DNA of 64,000 bases, taken from contig NC_042997.1 in NCBI RefSeq assembly GCF_006345805.1, positions 107,074,001 to 107,138,000 on the forward strand, in the 5' to 3' direction. The notes below the pieces were generated by a model, which saw nothing but the letters and a program-made list of their open reading frames with translations, ran no database searches and was not told the DNA's origin. Positions 26,101 through 39,400 of this stretch are shown in pieces; the first letter of the stretch is position 1, and each line of letters opens with the position of its first letter. This DNA is from Octopus sinensis. Lineage: Eukaryota. The position numbers were made by a program, and so were the translations under genes.

Positions 26101-28351
26101 CTGAAGGAGTCACGTCAGTTAGGAAGTAATTGGTAGCAAGTAGGAATTTTCTTGGAAATTATAACTATTGACCTGCAAATTATCAAGCATAACTATCCTT
26201 TGAACATTGTCAAATAGATCTACCAAATGCTGTTCAAATGGATTAGAATTTGTAATCTAGAAAAACAGCCACACAAATCACGAAAAGCAGCTTTTAAAGA
26301 AACCGAGTGTTTCAATGCACTTAAATATCTATCACTAGACAAAGAAGGGAGATCTGTGTAAATGTTGTTGCTCTTTAGTCCTAGGCCTAACTTCACTACA
26401 CCGTGACCTATGATTAAATTCCTTCAACCAGAATCATCCTGTCTTTTCCTAAATGCAAACATTCCACAACCACATTGCCGAATATATTCTTTAAGGTGGT
26501 AAGGTATGAATTGAAGAGGATTTAGCAATTAAATCTTGCAGATCTCTACCATATATTGACTCCTTTAAGAGTTTGGCTCCCTTATTTGAGATTAACCTTT
26601 GAATAAAAGAACTTTGAAAGGTTCAAAAAAGAAAAAAAATAATGTTTTACAACATTACCCGCCAGCAGATTGAAAGTCAATAGTATAATTAACGAGTATA
26701 AAACAAATGTCCCAGAAAAACGTGTTTACAAGAACTAAATGTTCATACAAGGGCAAGAAAAAAGCTAATCAAATTAGGTAGGAACAAACATGGCAAACAC
26801 TTACTATGACACCTGCAATGAGAAGCCATCTCATCATATAACATGCTTCGTGTTACAGCAATCCAACTAATCAGGGAATAAAATATGCTAACGATGTCTG
26901 CTGCTAATTTGCTGAAGGAAAAGTTTATTCTATAACTTTTGGGGATCTATATTTGTTGATGTGTCTTTTCTTATTATTGATAAGTTTTGAAAATGAATCA
27001 GGAATATGTTATAAATTTGCAAAATCTAGTTATTGTCCTTTATTTCTAAAACATAAATCATATAGAGTTCATTAAAATATCAGTTTGTAAAAATATATAC
27101 TGTGTACCAATAGTGGTACATGATGCAGGTTGGGACAGTTACCCATGTACTATATATGGCGCACGATGTGGTTTAAGTGTTAAGAGAACATATGATCAAG
27201 TGATGCTTCAATTGGACCTATGTACAGTAACCGAGTGGCCACAACAGTGTCCTTATGGTTCACAATATCCACAACTGGATGACTCCCGGAACAGCATCAA
27301 GGTCACTGTATCACAGCCTTGTCACTGAACTGCATAATGTGGAAGTGTGTAACCAGTGTTTTTTGCTGTGTATCAGGGACACTTCAGACACAAATCCTGT
27401 GAACAAAGGCAACAATTGTTTGCACCTTGCTGTGAAGAAGGGGTTCCATTCTTAGGTTCAATAGTCAAACATTCTAGAGGAATACTGTCACGAGTTCAAA
27501 CTCAGAAAGGGATAAAGGCTATCTGATATGGTGGTTATTAGTTATCTAGTCCACTAGAAAGCCAATTGTGACTTTAAAAACGAAGGAGACATAACTCCAT
27601 TGGACCTCCTCAAAAATGCAAAGTCCAAAGAAAAACTTAAAGACATTATTCCCACCACAAATATTATGTAGGTTAACTGAAGTTAATACATGAAATTCCA
27701 TTCCTGGGGTCATGTTCAAAAAGTAAATCATAGCAAGTTCAGACTCCAAACATTGAAGAACAGTAAGTCCAGACTGTGGCAGAGTAAGTTGAGACTTCAG
27801 AGATTGAAGAGAAGAAAGTCCAAATGGTGACAGAAACTTGTGTGTGTGTGAGTTTGTGGAGAAGGTCCTGACGACATCACAGACAGTTGAATGTGCAAAG
27901 GTCGAGGATAAGAAAGTACAGACCGATTGACAGCCAGTAGAGGCTACATCCCAGTAAGTTGATTCTTAAAACCTGGAAGAAAAGGATCTCCGGAAGGAGT
28001 CACGTCAGTTAGGAAGTAATTGGTAGCAAGTAGGAATTTTCTTGGGAATTAAAACCATTCACAGGCAAATTATCAAGTATAACAATCCTTTGAACATTAT
28101 GAACATAGTTCAGGAATGACGTGCAATGGTTCAGAAGTTGTAATCTAGATAAACGGCCACACAAATCACGAAAAGAGGCTTTTAAAGAAAGTGAGTGTTT
28201 AACTGCCCTTGAGTATCTATCATTAGTCAAAAAAGGGAGATGTGTGTAAATGCTGTTGCTCTTTAATCCCAGGCCTAACTTCACTAAACAGTGACCCATG
28301 ATTAAATTCCTTCAACCAAAATCACCCTGTCTTTTCCTAAATGTAAACAAC

Positions 28352-29950
28352 CCATCGAGAAACTGGTCTACAAGTTGCAAACGTGCGCCACATCAGGCAG
28401 GAGTATCCATAACAACCTCCATCTGATACACTACATCATAGACAGGGTAGTTAAGGGACCTGGCACAGGCGGCGAGCTGATCAATTTGGATCAATCCAAA
28501 GCTTTCAATAGGCTAGACCATCGATACTTGGAGACTGTCTTCATAGCAGCTGGTCTCAGTACTGTTTTTCGTGGTTAGATTGCTACCTTATACAACGCCA
28601 TCCGTTCAGTAGTTTGTGTGAATGGGCATCTCTCTAGACCATTTGACATTGCCTGTTTGGTCCATTAGGGATGCCCCCTCTTGTCACTTCTGTACGCATT
28701 GACTCTTCTGTCGAAGCTGGCAATGTTAAGGGGCATCCCTCGAGAATTGGATGACATGCTAATGTCCAGCAACGGCCATATCGATCTGGTCGGCAAGACA
28801 CTAAAAAAACACATAGCAGAAATGGGAGCAAAAGTTAACTGGGAAAAGTCAGTGGGCTTGCAGCTTAGAACCTGGAGAAGCAAGCCCATGCCGTCCAACT
28901 TCATCTCAGTCATGAGACTCTGGACTGCTGGACCTGTTAAATTACTCGGGGTCTGGACCTCCAAATGGAGAAGTGGGACGAGGTAACGAGTAGGGTGGCT
29001 ACTCTCACCCAGCAATTAGCCGAAAGGAAGCTATCCTTAGAAGACTTAATTGGAATTTCAGAGGAAAAGAATGGAAAAGAGTATGAATATGTATGTGTTT
29101 TGTTAAGTCACTATTTTGATAGTGTAGAGGAGGTATGACGATGATCTTGGAGAGAACCTGGGTGTCGACAAATACCTAACCTGCCTGTTCAGGACATTTG
29201 GGCCAGGGCCTATGGACAACTTCCAGAGATCCCTGGCCTGGCAGTGCTAACGAGAAGCACCACCTGTTTGAGATAAGCTCTACAGGCATGGCTCTAGAAG
29301 CACCGAGTCAACCTGCCCGAGATACAGTCAGAGCGACGAATCCGTTCTGCATGCACTCGCGCAATGTCAAACCATTTCCAACCTGTGGGCTTTTGTCGAA
29401 CAACTGTTATGTCGCGTATGGGACAAGTTGGTTTATCAGCCTAGTCTATCGTTGATATTGCCCCGCCTCCTTACTTCAAACGGGAAGGAAGAGCTGTTTT
29501 CAGTGTACTAGTGGCTATGGCAAAAGAATGTGTATGGTGGACGCATTTGAAAGGCCTTGAAACAAAAACTTCCCTCTTTGGTCAATCACTCATCAACTTT
29601 TTCAAGTATCACTTGAAAAGGAAGGTGAGAGTATAGAGGGAAGTTTTGCCTAGTGAATGTTTCACGAAAAGATGGGTGAATGTAGCAAGGATGGAACCAC
29701 CTTGAGCATAGTTCTATGAACCACAGAGAAAGAGAGTACTTCACTAAGGTACTTTTGTATTTCAATGCCCGAGGTTAGCATGGGCTTTTCTGTCCAAGGA
29801 TAAACCTAATGTGTTTTTTCACATTTTTACTGGGATACACAATCCCTTTTGATCGGAAATTTATTTTCTTCTTTTTCACTCTATTTTCTTTCTTCTCTCA
29901 AAAAGAAAAGCTCTACATGGTATTTTGTCTCCTGTGTGGCTAATAAAGAA
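28352..29950 (+). mobile_element. L1/Tx1-clade LINE, 5'-truncated decayed RT and 3' end
   Basis: QTCA.SGRSIHNNLHLI..INLDQSKAFNRLDHRYL, GCPLS.LLY and GAKVNWEKS; tail with aataaag near 29942. Confidence 0.85.
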
Positions 29951-30039
29951 AGTTAGGAGTCATATCATTCTATTAGGTTTGCTGAATTTGGTTTGTTCAG
30001 CAAGACTAGCCTCCACACTATGGCATCTATCCAGCTTTG

Positions 30040-30720
30040 GTATTACGGAACTATAACCATACATTTACAATTTAAGTTCGTTCCAATACATTCCAGTAAT
30101 TTACACATTTGCTGTGACATATCCACTGGTTTTATCAGACCTTTTGTGCCAGAGAAACATAGACATATTTTCTCTGTATTACATAATCTTTCTCACCCTG
30201 GATAGGCAGCAACAATTAAATTTATTAGCAATCATTTTGTTTGACTCGGAATGAACAAGGACATATGTACATGGGCACAATCCTGTTTAAAATAAAAGTC
30301 TAAAGTACATTGATAAATCAAAACACCTCTTGGTACTAATGCAAATCCAGATGCTAGGTTCCAGCATGTTCACAGTCGTTGTGGCTCCTTTACCATCCGT
30401 GAATGGTAATTCTTATTTGTTGACCTGCATCAACTGTGTTTCGAGCTGACCAAAAGCCACAACAATCAAGGACATATCACCAACAACAATTGTACAAACT
30501 TTTTTAAAAAAACTAGCTTCACTTTTTTTTTTTCAAATTCATTAATTTCTTAGGTTTACATAGAATCACAACAGATCATCCCCAAGCAAACGGAATGATT
30601 GCAAAGACATTTCACAAAAAATGGTCAGAAGCTCAACCTCTAATATTATTAAGGATAAGATCCACTAGCATACGGTTAAATGTTTGAAGAGTCAATCCAT
30701 GTGCTGCAACATAATCCTAC
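30040..30720 (+). mobile_element. Decayed Gypsy integrase fragment related to the element at 59.7-64 kb
   Basis: [50 protein letters not shown] parallels ~62980-63250. Confidence 0.8.
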
Positions 30721-31179
30721 AGATTAGATTTCCAGACTCCGACGATTTACATCCAATTTATCCATCTTTCCATTTACAGACACCAAAGGCTCACATTCCT
30801 TCAGACATTAAAACATCTGCATTCAAGAATATGAAAATACAATTGGAAAAGATTACCAAAACATGTGATCCTGATATTAAAATAAAACAATAGCATCAAG
30901 GCTAACATCCTGAAACATTGTTTGAGACAGGAAGGGCCACGTAGCGAGAATGAGAGAAACGAGGATGCTGCACCAAATTTTATATGGTGAACTTTCCACT
31001 GGAAGAACGCTCTGTGACCATCCCTTCCATCGATACAAGGATCAGCTGAGGCAAAGGCTAAAACTGACTGGCATCAATCCCAAAGCCAGGGATATTGAAG
31101 CTGGGGACAAACTTGAAAAATAAACAAGAGAAACACAAATGCAAACCATTTCCTCCACTCTGCGACAAGGGATTAAGAT

Positions 31180-32230
31180 CTGCAGAAGGAGTGGTAGTAC
31201 CAACTGCATCACAGAAACAGATTTTACATGAATTTCATAATGGACACCTGAGGATGTCGAGAATGAAAGCTTTGAAAAGGAGTTGTGAGTATTGGCTGAC
31301 ACTGGACCAGAACATTGAAAATTTGGTTAAATCTTGTAGCCAAGGCACCACAAGTGAAATACCAATCATGGCCTGAGACAGACAGAGTCCAATGTCTGAA
31401 GTCCATATAGACTACACTGGACCAGTGAATAGAGACTACTACTTGATCGTTGTTGATAGCTTTATCAAGTGGTCGAAAGTCTATGGGTGCAGTCAACCAA
31501 CCTCAAAGTTCCTGCATCAACTTTTTGCTCGATACAGTATTCCAGACACCATAGTATTGGACAATGGAACATAATTTACAGGATATGTTCAAGAAATTGT
31601 ACAAAATGCATGCTATCAAGTATGTTTACCCCACTCTACACCCGAGGTCAAATGGGCAAGCACAACGATTTGTAGATACTTTCAAGTAAGTGTTAGAGAG
31701 AGAGAGAGAGAAAAAAGAAAAAAAGGAATGAGTTAGGAAACGATGAAGTACTAACTAAATTCTTATGGGTGTACAGAATAACGCTCAATCTGAATATCAG
31801 CTCAGGCATGTTGCCTGCAGATCTAATGTTCATTCGAAAGATTAAATCGATCATCGACAAATTGTTGCCAAAGAGAAAAATGTATAAAGACAGAAAAAAT
31901 TCAATGAAACATTTTGATGTCAGAGACAAAGTTCATTTCGAAGTCTACAAAAACGGTACACGGAGTTGGCAGGATGGTGTAGTGATTAAAAGAATTGGTA
32001 ACATGATCTATTTAATAAAGGGCCAACACTGGGCACATAAACAACACCTAAATCAAATATAGAATACACATAGAATACACATACAGAAAAAAAGGAAGGA
32101 AATTCCAAGGAAAGTGCTTTACGAGATGTTCAATGTGCCACCACCGAAAGAGATTGAGCAGTAACAGAAAATTTAAATAGACTAAATATTCAGATATAAT
32201 TCCTAAGCAGAAAAGGTACTGAACTCCCTA
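31180..32230 (+). mobile_element. Decayed Gypsy integrase fragment of a second lineage (K02A2.6/Mag-like)
   Basis: VVVPTASQKQILHEFHNGH.RM.RMKAL, VHIDYTGP, YLIVVDSF.KW, PDTIVLDNGT, HPRSNGQAQRFVDTFK. Confidence 0.8.
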
Positions 32231-33570
32231 AGGAACAAAATTCTGCCTGATTTTTATATAGGACCGGATTTAAACTGAAGGGAACCCTGGGCATTTCAAA
32301 ACTGGTGGGCCTCTCAGAGACCAGACTGAAAATTTTGGAAAATCAATCTTAAACTCGTATATTGCTGTAATTTACTTTAATTTTTGTAGGACTATTTCTT
32401 GTCACCTTATCGCACTAATTGGTAATTTATATAAATAGATTTATAGAAACAAATATCTGAAGTTCTAAAATAATTAAAACATAGAATTTTAAAAAAATGT
32501 AGTCTAATTCGACTTGAGTTAAAAGACTATACCTCTGTAGGATGGTTGAAAATGTTATGACTGATACCTTAAAAATATCTTAAAAACACAGAACTTTGTA
32601 GGGAGTTCTGAGTGAAGCACACCATTTAATCCATTGTAACATTTTATTTTGGGAGCATTTTCAGAAATTTTTGGCGAATTTGTGTTCTAAACAATTTCTC
32701 TATGATTATACAAAAAATTTTGACATTGCATCTGTTATTTGGAAATCGTTATATCTCTCCTATTTTTTTTATTAAGGCATATCACTTCCCATTGTGACCT
32801 TTAAGGGAGATTTAATTGTTTCTGACATCCCACAACCACCTGGAACATTCCTCATTTCTTTGTCACTGACATGTATTGATGGGTTTCAAAATTTTGCTCC
32901 CCATCATTTTATCAAATGATGATTCTGAAGTAACATGAGTTTTTTTTCATCCCAAGGGTGGAACACTGTTCCGAAGTAAGTGAAAAAAAAAATCAACACC
33001 ACACAGAATAAAGGCAGTCCATTAGTGTGTGTGTGTGTGTGTGTGTGTAAGAAAAAAAGATATTTACTAACTGATAATTATGCTATCAAAACAATTTATC
33101 ATTTACATACGTCTGAAATCTCTGCAGAAATCCTAGCAAAGTCCTTTTCACTGCCACTATGAAAAATACCAGTGAAGTCTAATTCAAGAATCTGCAAAGT
33201 TTTATGGGGTGGGGCTGGCTTAGATGAAAACATTTAAGCCAAAAAAATATATTTTGCATAATCGTACGAGATATTTCAAAACACAGATTTGTAAAAATTT
33301 TCAACACCAAAAAGCTAAAAATTCATCACCCTTTACATGGTGTCATTCAATCTGTAATTAATAATAGGAGGCCATGTGCATGCGCAAGTTTTAAAAATTT
33401 TGAATTTGGATTTCCTATGAATTCAAGCATAATTTATATGAAAGGCTTCTTTCAGTTTCCATCTACCAAATGGCTTCACAAGGCTTTAATCAGCCCATGT
33501 GGTTGAGAAGCAAACTTCTTAACCACACAGCCACTCATGTAGACAATGAAAAAATAGATATAGGACTAAA

Positions 33571-33779
33571 GATATAGGCGGTGAGCTGGCAGAAACGTTA
33601 ACACGCCGGGTGAAATGCGTAGCCGTATTTCGTCTGCTGTTACGTTCTGAGTTCAAATTCCGCCGAAGTCGACTTTGCCTTTCATCCTTTCGGGGTCGAT
33701 AAATTAAGTACCAGTTACACACTGGGGTCGATGTAATCGACTTAATCCATTTGTCTGTCCTTGTTTGTAATAAAGAAGC
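33571..33779 (+). mobile_element. tRNA-derived SINE with 15-bp target-site duplication
   Basis: Head ggcggtgagctggcagaa, B-box-like gagttcaaattcc; agatataggactaaa flanks it at 33556-33570 and 33780-33794. Confidence 0.85.
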
Positions 33780-34801
33780 AGATATAGGACTAAAAAATTA
33801 TACAAATATCAAGAGACAAATCGTCCTAAATCTCTAAAAATATTACCAGCCATTGCAGGTCTCCCCAAGCACTGTGACTACAAGATGAGCACTCACTGAG
33901 TCTGGTTTCACTAACAGCATGGTTCTTGGAGGCCTTCAACAACAACCAATGAATCTGCAAAGGAAATTCAATCAACACGTTTAAATATTATAAAGCAAAA
34001 AAAAAAAAAAAAAGAAAGAAAGGAAGCAGTGAAGTATATAACTGTAATGGTATTACCAGTTTAAATGTGTGTGGTACGTTTGGCTTTGTAAATAAATCAT
34101 TCACTGTTTTGTCATGTGTTTCTCCATGACAAAACAGTAAATCAAAATGTGCCACATGCAAATATGAACTGGTAATAACATTGCATTTAAAGTAGAACCC
34201 TTCTGTTAAAATTTGCCGTTAATTTATCTTCCAAACACCAGATTAATACTGATAAAGTTATTTTATTATTAAATCCTTTAATATTCTTGAAATTTATGGA
34301 AATAAAAGCATGTATTTGAACAAAAATATAGTAATGTAAAGGATTAAACCTTCATCCACTTCATTAAAGCATATTTTCTATGACCAGTTTGCTCTTCCTG
34401 TCATCATAGCTCACATGTTAGCAAGAAAATATTTCCTGTAGAAATCACTCAAACAGCACAATGGCCAAAAATAATTTCATGACAGACTGCAAACAAACAA
34501 CACTGCTTCTATGACAGTGACATTTGTTTACAACTAGCACAATCTCAACATAAATAGACACAAACATACACACTATACTCATGCAGACACACACAATGGG
34601 CTTTTTTTCAGCTTCCATCTACCAAATCCTCTCTCAAGGATTTAATGGGTTAGAGACTTGGTGTAGAAGAAACTGGACCACAGCATCATCCAATGGAAGT
34701 GAACCCAAAACCACAAGGTTGCAAAACAAGCCTCTTAAAAACACACTCACAGTTACATCTATGTTACTGTAATAATGAAATTTGCAGCAATCTTTTCTTA
34801 C

Positions 34802-34957
34802 CTGGGCTCAAGATGCAACTGCAACACTAGTCCCATTGCTAACATTCATTGCACCTGATTTGTCAGCAGCCATTTAGACATCGTTCTTCTCTTTGTCATT
34901 CAGCAAATCATGAATGGCTTCATTGTAAATCTCAAGGAAGGACACATTGAATTCATA
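34802..34957 (-). pseudogene. Kinesin motor-domain exon (kinesin-14/KIFC1-like) with two in-frame stops
   Basis: tttcag|YEFNVSFLEIYNEAIHDLLNDKEKNDV*MAADKSGAMNVSNGTSVAVAS*AQ|gtaag. Confidence 0.85.
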
Positions 34958-36056
34958 CTGAAATAGAAAAGTAAAGACTAGATGAACGAACAGCAACAAG
35001 AGCAACCAGAGATCAACAGATTTTGTTTTAATGAGAGGAGCTATATCCTATTACACAAAGTGTAATATGGTTGACAAAGGGAGAATAAGAATAAGGATCA
35101 GGTTAAAACCCTAAGCACATTCCTTTTGGTCACTTAAGCCCTTTAGCATTTGAACTGACAATATTTGGCAGAAATAGTCTACCTGTTTTATGTCCAAATT
35201 GGCCAAATCCAACCTCTCACACCTACCAAACAATGTTATTCTAAAAATAATCACATCATTGTAAAATCTTGGAGCTTCAGTATAATTCATGATTAATTGA
35301 AAATAATGTGAATAAATAGGCATTGCATTGCATAGAATTATCTGAATGCTAAAGGGTAAAAAAAGGCCGTGTCCAGTCCAAATATTCCACCTGTTTTACA
35401 TTCCAACCACTCAAATGCTAAAATTAAAGTGTATTCTAAAATGGATGTGTTACAGGATTTTAAATAAAAAGATTTCATTTCAAGATTACATGGCATCTTG
35501 GACCTACAACTAGATTGAAGAACACAGACAAGCCATGACACATTGAGCCTGAAGAAATCAAAGTTACAAAAGAAAAAAAAATGAATCAATCACCATCCTT
35601 TGCTTCCGATATGTATTACCCCAGCAAATTGCAATTTGAAGGAAAAATGCTCCTTTAACCTAGGATTTGGCAAAAGGGTCAATATTAACCCCTGCAGGTC
35701 TATATAACAATGAAACAATTTTGAACATTAGGGGTGCTAACAATTTAGCACCCCTAAATCTGGAAGAACAGTAAGTTGAAGCTAAAACTGCCAAATATCA
35801 ATGTAATAACTAGTCTTCAAATATTCCTCCAATATCAATAGAATATGACTAAATTTTTGTTGCTCTTTCGCAATTTCATTTAATTTCTTTAAATATTAAT
35901 TAGATAAAAAAAAAGAATGGAAGAATTATTTTCTAACTGGGAAATCTTTTTATTATCATTTCTAATTTTTGATTTAGAAATTTATATGATGGGGGTCAAT
36001 AAGTTATTAACGACTGCAAGAAAGGGACAAGGACATAAATTTGCTGCCAAACCCCA

Positions 36057-36314
36057 TAAAAATATGAGAGAAAGAAAATGGAATTCATGAGAATCTTTTA
36101 TTATTTGCTATGATCACTATGACTCATCAGGGGGGATGCTATACAAATAGGTGCATCATAGGGGTGGATGACTTACAAAAAGCTATCTCATCTTAATCTG
36201 TTTCACTTATTTCTATTGAAATACATTTTGGTAGTCATGTGTAACTTGTCTACATGATCAGAGTGAATAATAGAAGGGTCTCGTGATTTCCATTTTCTTT
36301 CTCTCATATTTTAT
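36057..36314. mobile_element. MITE-like inverted repeat
   Basis: aaaatatgagagaaagaaaatggaattcatgaga pairs with tctcgtgatttccattttctttctctcatatttt. Confidence 0.6.
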
Positions 36315-36824
36315 AAACTCAATGGACACAAAGGAATTCCTGAAATAAATCCAGTGGCATATACATCCATACTATTAATGACATCAGGGAACCAAATACC
36401 AGAAACAGGCTTTAAACAGCATATTACAATGAGTTTATCTGCCATTTACTGAATCTGAGACATTTTCGGGTAAGTTACAAGTGCATTTTTAGGGTTTTCT
36501 GCCAACCAACCAATTCAATGATTTTACTAAGATTTGGTGTACAGGAAGTACTTGTGCAGATGAATAATTTCCAGTGGGTGTAGCTTGCACTGCACTACCC
36601 TCACCTATTGGCTGAAGAAGACTTTTTAGCTGGTGTGACATGAAAATTGGCAAAACCAAGAACTTCCAAGTTTTATTTCGGAGATTTCCTTCTTCTAAGT
36701 TAAAGAGCTTCTACCTGCCCAAGAGGTAAGCTATCCCATTTTAGGCACCAAACCGACACCTAAACACTCTATAAAATGATTGAATATTACAGATATACAC
36801 ACATACATGCATACACACAATAGA

Positions 36825-37150
36825 GTTGACAGAGGAACAATAATTGTCAATGTCTATTTATAAGAATTTATATTTATCCTTATTTTGAATGTTAGTAAAC
36901 CAACTAATAGCCTTAACTATTTAACCACAGTTCAAGAGATACTTTATTTCTAAGCATAGGTATGGATTTATCTAAAATTGTTTTACTTAATCTACCTAAG
37001 TCCAACTTACCAGGGCATCTAACCTTTGGGTCAATTTGGAAGTTATCACTATGGTCTTGTTTGTTTTGTCCAAGTACACAATAATTCCATCCTTGGATTT
37101 TAGGTTTGTTATTAAATCCTTGGGTTTTTTTTCTAGTGTGCATTTACTCT
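36825..37150 (-). mobile_element. Penelope-like RT fragment
   Basis: DH.DNFQIDPKVR..PGK.DLGRLSKTILDK..LRNKVSLELWLNS, then in a shifted frame ISWFTNIQNKDKYKFL*IDIDNY.SSV. Confidence 0.7.
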
Positions 37151-37791
37151 AAGTGGATGTTTGAGAAATTTAATATGTTTGATTTACAGTCCATAATTGA
37201 GTGTGTCTGTCTGTATCAGAATAACCGTTATGACGAGATACAACTGCATATACACACCAATTTAAAATATCCTCAACCTATGAGCATTGATTGATTGATT
37301 CTTGAACTGCATGTTTTTTAGGGTTTTTTTTATATGTGTAAATGTCTATGTATTTACACTTTTTTTTATCTCTCATAATGGGATATTTTAATTCTGTTAT
37401 TTATTTTACATTTATATTATTCATTTAAAATTTTCTTTATTTTAATTTTACTTTTTATTTTATTCTTTACCTTATTACTCATATTCCAAATGATCTGTCA
37501 ACCATTCACCCACACATAAGAATACAAAAATAATAACTCCTTATTTAGTCTGCTTGCAAGAATGGAAGGGTCCACGTGTAATATCTTCATGTATATCTTT
37601 CTCTGATGAAATTATGCTCATAACACATAAATGCAAACTTAAAGCATAAATTCGTAATTTACCTATTGAGCACTAATGGAAATGGCTGTAAGAAGTAAAG
37701 ATTAACAATCTTTTAATGATAAATAATTATCTTAACTCTCCAGTTTCTTTCCTTCATTTAACTGAACATAAACTTTACACACACACAAACA

Positions 37792-38003
37792 CAAGGGGTG
37801 CTGAAAAGTTCCTGGTTTTAAGTGTATCATGAAAGGCTTGGCTGGAGGCCCAACCTTCTTAGTTCTTTTATAGGGCTTAGAAAAACTGAAGGACCATTGC
37901 AAAAAGTGTGTGAATCTGAGAGGTGAATATGTTCAATAAAATCATAACTGTTCCCCAATGTATTTTCTTTTACCCAAAATCAGGAATTTTTCAGTACCCC
38001 TCA
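37792..38003 (+). mobile_element. Mariner-derived MITE retaining the transposase C-terminus
   Basis: TIRs caaggggtgctgaaaagttcctg and caggaatttttcagtacccctca; internal GLEKLKDHCKKCVNLRGEYVQ*. Confidence 0.8.
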
Positions 38004-38287
38004 TATAAAATAGTGTGTAGAATATCAGGCGTAAAAAGAAAAGGCCCTTTGAATAGGAAAGAGTTAAAGGCTGCCCATGAGACAGACGCATTTGTCGTAT
38101 TAACAGATGTGGGTTGACCTTTGTTCCATCGAAGGATTTCTTTTAACCCAATATTCTACTTGCTGTTATTGAAAGCTTTATCTATTTTGAGTTCCTCCAT
38201 GAAAAAAAATTTACTTCAATTCTCATAAATTTTTAAAATTCTTATAATGTAAGCATATTATTCATATACATGTGTGTGTATATATAT

Positions 38288-38535
38288 ATCATCATCATCA
38301 TTTAATGTCCATTTTCCATGCTGGCATGGGTTGGATGGCTTGACAAAGGTCTGGAAAGCCAGCGGCTGTGCCAGGCTCCAATCTGATCTGGCAATGTTTC
38401 CACAGCTAGGTGCCCTTCCTAACAACAATCACCCCGAAGAGTGTAGTGGGTGCTTTTTACGTGCCACCGGCACAGGAGCCAGTTAGGCGAGCCTGGCATC
38501 GATCATATTCAGATAGTACTTTTTACATGCCTTTG
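38288..38535 (-). mobile_element. RTE-tailed retroposon/SINE 3' fragment
   Basis: (CAT)n tail then ttttccatgctggcatgggttgga; similar remnants near 39295 and 53455. Confidence 0.55.
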
Positions 38536-39400
38536 GCACAGAGATATATACACACACAAATACATGAAAAAGTCCTTCCCATGACATGGGCTCATAAAAC
38601 CAATATCTTGAATTCTGTGGCGTATATATTCTCCCACTCCTGGATAAGATGCCAGTCTGTCACAGGATTACTCATCTTTGCCAGCAGCAACATGAAATTA
38701 AGTGTTTTGCTCAAGAACACAATGCATCACTCATTCCAGGAATCAAAACCACAATTTTATGATCATGAATGCAGCACCTGTGTGTGTGTGCCATTACTTA
38801 ACTGAATAAGTTTTCACAACATTGAGTAAATAATTGTTACTTTTTATGTTATCAAATGGTTTGACAAAACAGATTAGTAAAAGTTAAAATATATGATAAG
38901 CCTGCGATATTTGAGTATATACACACACACACAATTTCCATAAAATTACGATTGACAAATCAAGAATGGAAAATCTTTAATCTCCATCATTCAAATGAAA
39001 ATTTAAATGTCATTTATTACTTTACATATATACTTTTCTCCCTCAAGACCTGTTTCTTAAAAATAACTTCCAGCCTAAATGCTACCGGGATATTTCCCAT
39101 GATAAAAATTGCTTTACTGTCCTTTTTTTTTTCATTTCCATTTTTGTTGTTCTTAGTCCTAAGTAATCAAGAACCTGACCTTTTTCCTATTGATTAAAAA
39201 TAACTCAAGGCTTCTGTCCTATGTTGTTCAAACATTTAAAATAGAAATCAAAATAGGTTATCACAGATTTCATTTCTGATAAAATCAAAATCATCATCAT
39301 CGTTTTCAAGTCCTCCACCTTTCCATACCTGCATGGATATCAGAACATCTAATATCTTAAATTCACAACAGCAACATTTAATAACATCTTAAATTTTCAG

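Larger units (their letters stand above)
5845..28350 (+). pseudogene. Tandem array of at least 12 disabled copies of an ankyrin-RING-Death-domain (MIB-like E3 ligase) gene
   Basis: The marker aaactcagaa..ctctgatgt recurs near 5850, 9440, 13339, 15607, 17026, 18910, 22738, 23638, 25612 and 27498, with beheaded copies at 12462 and 21861. Translations give ankyrin (NNCLHLAVKKG, ANFDFKNKGDITPLDL), RING-like (LCRLCEVN..KFHP.GHV), Death-like (EKDLLKVSRQLGSNW*QVGIFLGIKTIDLQIIKHNNP..YQMLFKW) and a ZZ-like start (YCDTCNEKP). Stops and frameshifts occur throughout. Confidence 0.8.

Noticed and set aside
5845-28350. CRISPR-like or prokaryotic repeat system
   Set aside because: Units are kb-scale pseudogene copies in eukaryotic DNA; there is no repeat-spacer structure or cas-like ORF.
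33577-33665. tRNA gene (also the similar head at ~56336)
   Set aside because: A/B boxes lead into SINE bodies, with a TSD at the 33.6-kb copy and no convincing cloverleaf.
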